A stretch of DNA of 64,000 nt from an uncultured delta proteobacterium (GTDB lineage: Bacteria; Desulfobacterota; Syntrophia; Syntrophales; UBA5619). The position numbers and the translations under genes were made by a program. The notes beneath the pieces are model-generated. The model was not told the DNA's origin, made no database searches, and saw only the letters and a program-made list of their open reading frames with translations. The stretch spans positions 128,001 through 192,000 of the forward strand of contig CAWFOM010000001.1 in the NCBI GenBank assembly GCA_963817385.1. Direction: 5' to 3'. This document shows positions 61,204 through 64,000 of this stretch, piece after piece. How positions within the stretch are numbered: the stretch's first letter is position 1; each line of letters starts with the position of its first letter.

Positions 61204-61799
61204 GATATCCGTGGATACTGCCTTTCAATTATGCCAGCGACCTCATCGAGCCAGGCTTGTCGTTCCTCCTCGGTGCTCGTCACGATAATCCCGAACGTCT
61301 TTCGATAGAAGTCTCGGACACCGCACAAGTCAAAGATGCAGCTTCTCCAGATTAGTTCCAGCGGATCACCGAACGCGGCCCTTTCTCTTTCCGCGTTCGT
61401 ATTGGATGTATTGAACACGATCGCCGACCGGGCTTTCAAGAGACCCCTGGGTACTCCCTCTCCCTTGTCGCCTTCAATAAATTCGTACGCGACTCCGGGT
61501 CGAATGACCCTGTCAACCCATCCTTTCAATATGGCAGGGGGTTGCCCCCACCAATTTGGGTGAACAATAACGATGCCGGATGCGGCTGCTATTTCCTTAC
61601 AGTGTCTTTCAATTTCCGATGGCAGCGCGACATCTCGTTCGAACTCCTCGAACGGCAAGACAGAATCGAATCTCTCGGCGTAGAGATCATGAAAATTTAC
61701 TTCATAACCGTTTCCGTCAAGAACCTTGACACAGGTCATCGCAATGGCGTGGTTGAAGCTGCCCTTTTTCGGATGCGCCAGGATTACGGACACGTTCAT
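61185..61799 (-). CDS. NAD(P)H-dependent oxidoreductase (flavodoxin-2)
   Basis: AHPKKGSFN, DLYAERF, HPNWWGQPPAILKGWVDRV. Confidence 0.9.
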   Translation of the reverse strand: MNVSVILAHPKKGSFNHAIAMTCVKVLDGNGYEVNFHDLYAERFDSVLPFEEFERDVALPSEIERHCKEIAAASGIVIVHPNWWGQPPAILKGWVDRVIRPGVAYEFIEGDKGEGVPRGLLKARSAIVFNTSNTNAERERAAFGDPLELIWRSCIFDLCGVRDFYRKTFGIIVTSTEEERQAWLDEVAGIIERQYPRISHDKAL

Positions 61800-61916
61800 G
61801 GGATTTTTCGTTCTGCCTTTCCTGTTTCGTTTCTGGCCGCGTCCGTGTGCAGCGCTTGTCTGGGCGTCTTCTCAATTCATGTATCCGTTTGGCGCTGCCC
61901 ATTTCTGAAGGCGTAA

Positions 61917-62327
61917 TTACTTATTGTTGTTCGTTGAGCGAACTATGACAATCATGACTGCACACGCCGCCAGGAACGACAAGCCCCCTATCATGGCGAT
62001 GCCTTCAGCATATTTCGCTCCCGCTGTAAGACCACGCAAGGCAACACCGATTGGAAGGCATAAAGCCAATGCGGTGAGAACGGCGCCAATGCGCTTGATT
62101 CTGTCTGAGCATTCTGCGCGGCCAATGAGAAGGCCGAATACAATATTGATGAGACCAAATGACATCCCATGCGTGTGACCTGCCTTCGTGAGATAGCGCC
62201 ACAGGGGAATTTGACCGTAGCCGTTCACATAGTATGGCTCAAGTGATTGTCCGAGAGCAAACCCGGCGATTGTTGCCGCCACCATCGTTAATAGTCCCAG
62301 AAGAATATTGAATCGACCGTTGATCAT
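61917..62327 (-). CDS. 4-TM membrane protein with HxH motif, hypothetical
   Basis: Four hydrophobic segments, AGHTHG; SD AAGGAGG. Confidence 0.7.
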   Translation of the reverse strand: MINGRFNILLGLLTMVAATIAGFALGQSLEPYYVNGYGQIPLWRYLTKAGHTHGMSFGLINIVFGLLIGRAECSDRIKRIGAVLTALALCLPIGVALRGLTAGAKYAEGIAMIGGLSFLAACAVMIVIVRSTNNNK

Positions 62328-62363
62328 ATTTTCCTCCTTGACGCAGAAATGCTTTTTATAATT

Positions 62364-63014
62364 TTAGGTCTCATCGTCCTTGAGAAGTGTCTCGCCCTTT
62401 ATGAGCCAGGATAAGCCGAAGACGAATACAGCGACAGACTCTAACCAGAAGACCGGATCGAGCCTTTTCACCGATGTTTCGCCCGGCAGCATCGCGACAA
62501 TTCCGATTAGCGCTATGCATGCCAAAATCGTATAACCGCACACCGTGTAAACAACGTTTCTCTGACACTTTCGACGCGTTGGGGTCTTGCTTGGGTCTGT
62601 CTTCCGAAAAAGTACAAGCGAGAAGTACGCAAGGGTTAGGAAGAACAGCGCTGCGAACAAGTGGTGCAGGCCCCCGATAAGCCGATCTTGCGACGTGGGA
62701 TTCACCTCGGGCGCAGTGGGGAAGAGCGCGACGCCAATTGCAAAGAGGCACGCAAGATCGCCGGCGATGTCATCCTGTTGCTTGTATCTGTACGACATAA
62801 GGAAGACCGCAATGGCGCATAAGCTTCCTACGAATACATCCCCCATGTTTGTGTAGTAGTAGCTGCTGATCGAGCGTTGTATTCCAGACCCATCAAGGAT
62901 GATCCTTCCGATGGCGAGGACAAAGGGCAATGAAACTCCAATGATCCCTATGGCTTTTCGCAGACCGAGATAGGAAAGGATCAGAGCGGTATCGGAGCTG
63001 GGCTGCTGATTCAT
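62364..63014 (-). CDS. membrane protein (DUF998-like)
   Basis: LRKAIG, SISSYYYT, VALFPT, FWLE..FGLSWLIKG; SD AGGAGG. Confidence 0.75.
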   Translation of the reverse strand: MNQQPSSDTALILSYLGLRKAIGIIGVSLPFVLAIGRIILDGSGIQRSISSYYYTNMGDVFVGSLCAIAVFLMSYRYKQQDDIAGDLACLFAIGVALFPTAPEVNPTSQDRLIGGLHHLFAALFFLTLAYFSLVLFRKTDPSKTPTRRKCQRNVVYTVCGYTILACIALIGIVAMLPGETSVKRLDPVFWLESVAVFVFGLSWLIKGETLLKDDET

Positions 63015-63069
63015 AAATCACCTCCTATGACTTATTGCGTGATTATTGAAACCTGGCACGCCGGTTCAC

Positions 63070-63174
63070 CTACGGACCCTTCGTTTCCGCCTCCCAGCGA
63101 AAAGCACCGTAGAGCACCGCGGCGGCAATACAGACGGCCAGAGCAAGAACTATGATGACGACTTTCAGCCACAT
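63070..63174 (-). pseudogene. truncated 34-aa N-terminal fragment of an exported/membrane protein
   Basis: SD GGAGAG, MWLKVVIIVLALAVCIAAAVLYGAFRWEAETKGP*, ending in an attC-right-half-like sequence. Confidence 0.4.
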
Positions 63175-63251
63175 GGTGCTCTCCGTGATCGATGGATCAT
63201 TCGCCCAGACCGAAAGCTCTTCAACCAGTGGATTGATTAGTTGGCCATCTC

Positions 63252-63629
63252 TTATTTCCTGGGAAAATACTTTACCTTGCTTATATTTTTAAAATCTGAA
63301 TCCTGGGTCCATATAACGGCTTTGAATTCTTGCGCTGTTGCGAGAATGATACTGTCCGCCATTGGAAGATTGATGCTCCAGACTCAGCCTTGAAGCGGCA
63401 ATTGCCAATGGTGCGTTTAGATCCACAACTTATTCCTTTTTGCATAGCAACAACTGCCTGCAATGCTTCATTCTCACTGGACTCCCGGAAAATGACCTTG
63501 AAAACCTCGTATATCGTTATCGTTGGAACAACAAGCAAATGCCGAATCACTCAGCGGGGGCAGGAAATACTTGGCATTAGGCTCATCTGCAAAGTATGCA
63601 AGCCAGCCGGAAGAATCTACGATATTCAT
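63252..63629 (-). CDS. vapC: VapC/PIN toxin (three +1 frameshifts)
   Basis: MNIVDSSGWLAYF; VPTITIYEV; LPMADSIILATA..WTQDSDF across frames. Confidence 0.8.
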
Positions 63630-63832
63630 ACTCTATCTTCCTCTCGTTTGAATTCAGTATTGATGCCCTTGAGGAATCCACGGAGTTCTTTAATGTCGCG
63701 TTCTGGTATAAGTTCAATGCGACCGGCATATTCAACAATTTGCATTTTTTGGCCCGGACGAAGCTTCAATGCTTCTCTGACTTTTTTTGGTATAACGACT
63801 TGATATTTTGGTGATACGGTTACTGATTGCAT
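63626..63832 (-). CDS. AbrB/MazE-type antitoxin
   Basis: VTVSPKYQVVIPKKVREALKLRPG; TTGACA promoter at 63887-63892. Confidence 0.88.
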   Translation of the reverse strand: MQSVTVSPKYQVVIPKKVREALKLRPGQKMQIVEYAGRIELIPERDIKELRGFLKGINTEFKREEDRV

Positions 63833-63902
63833 GCCAATACCTCCATCGATCTATTTTGTTTTACGATATCATGATCGATATGTTTTTGTCAATTATATTG
63901 AT

Positions 63903-64000
63903 GGCCAACGTAGCGTTTAGCTGCCTGGCGCGCCCGCCTTCGCCCTCGCCTTGGGGATTGCCCTTGTCACGGTAGGGCGATTGCAAGCGTGACAGGTCAA
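63903..64000 (-). repeat. attC site (left part beyond window)
   Basis: Minus strand CTGTCACGCTTGC...GCGCGCCAGGCAGCTAAACGCTAC GTTGGCC (R'). Confidence 0.65.

Noticed and set aside
1..64000. CRISPR array, tRNA, rRNA, T-box, transposase or integrase genes
   Set aside because: None recognised by eye

Overview
A GC-rich bacterial chromosome segment; gene style suggests an anaerobic deltaproteobacterium (Syntrophales-like, inference only). It carries a nine-gene shikimate-to-Phe/Tyr operon (aroF-aroB-pheA-aroD-aroE-aroA-aroK-aroC-tyrA) and a complete trpEGDCFBA operon. It also holds metabolic and transport genes, an NHEJ cluster (two Ku, stand-alone LigD polymerase, PE-ligase LigD, DUF72), an Mg2+ P-type ATPase and, at the right end, a decaying integron-type cassette array (degenerate attC sites, two TA pairs). 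The main discovery is in the two operon leaders. Each has an unannotated leader peptide: MAAKGYFTNWFWFYYFFAPVCPLLRRT before aro, rich in Phe/Tyr/Trp, and MKITIAGKNWWWWNNTREGFVHC before trp. Each is followed by TWO tandem intrinsic terminators wired as a relay: the antiterminator that opens terminator 1 frees a strand that can pair with and disable terminator 2. Other observations are a MITE-like repeat family with interchangeable ends, several genes reduced to deletion-fused fragments, and a MesB-like core methionine synthase plus a methyltransferase-corrinoid fusion. At least 19 frameshifts are all +1, which most likely reflects sequencing error rather than pseudogenisation.
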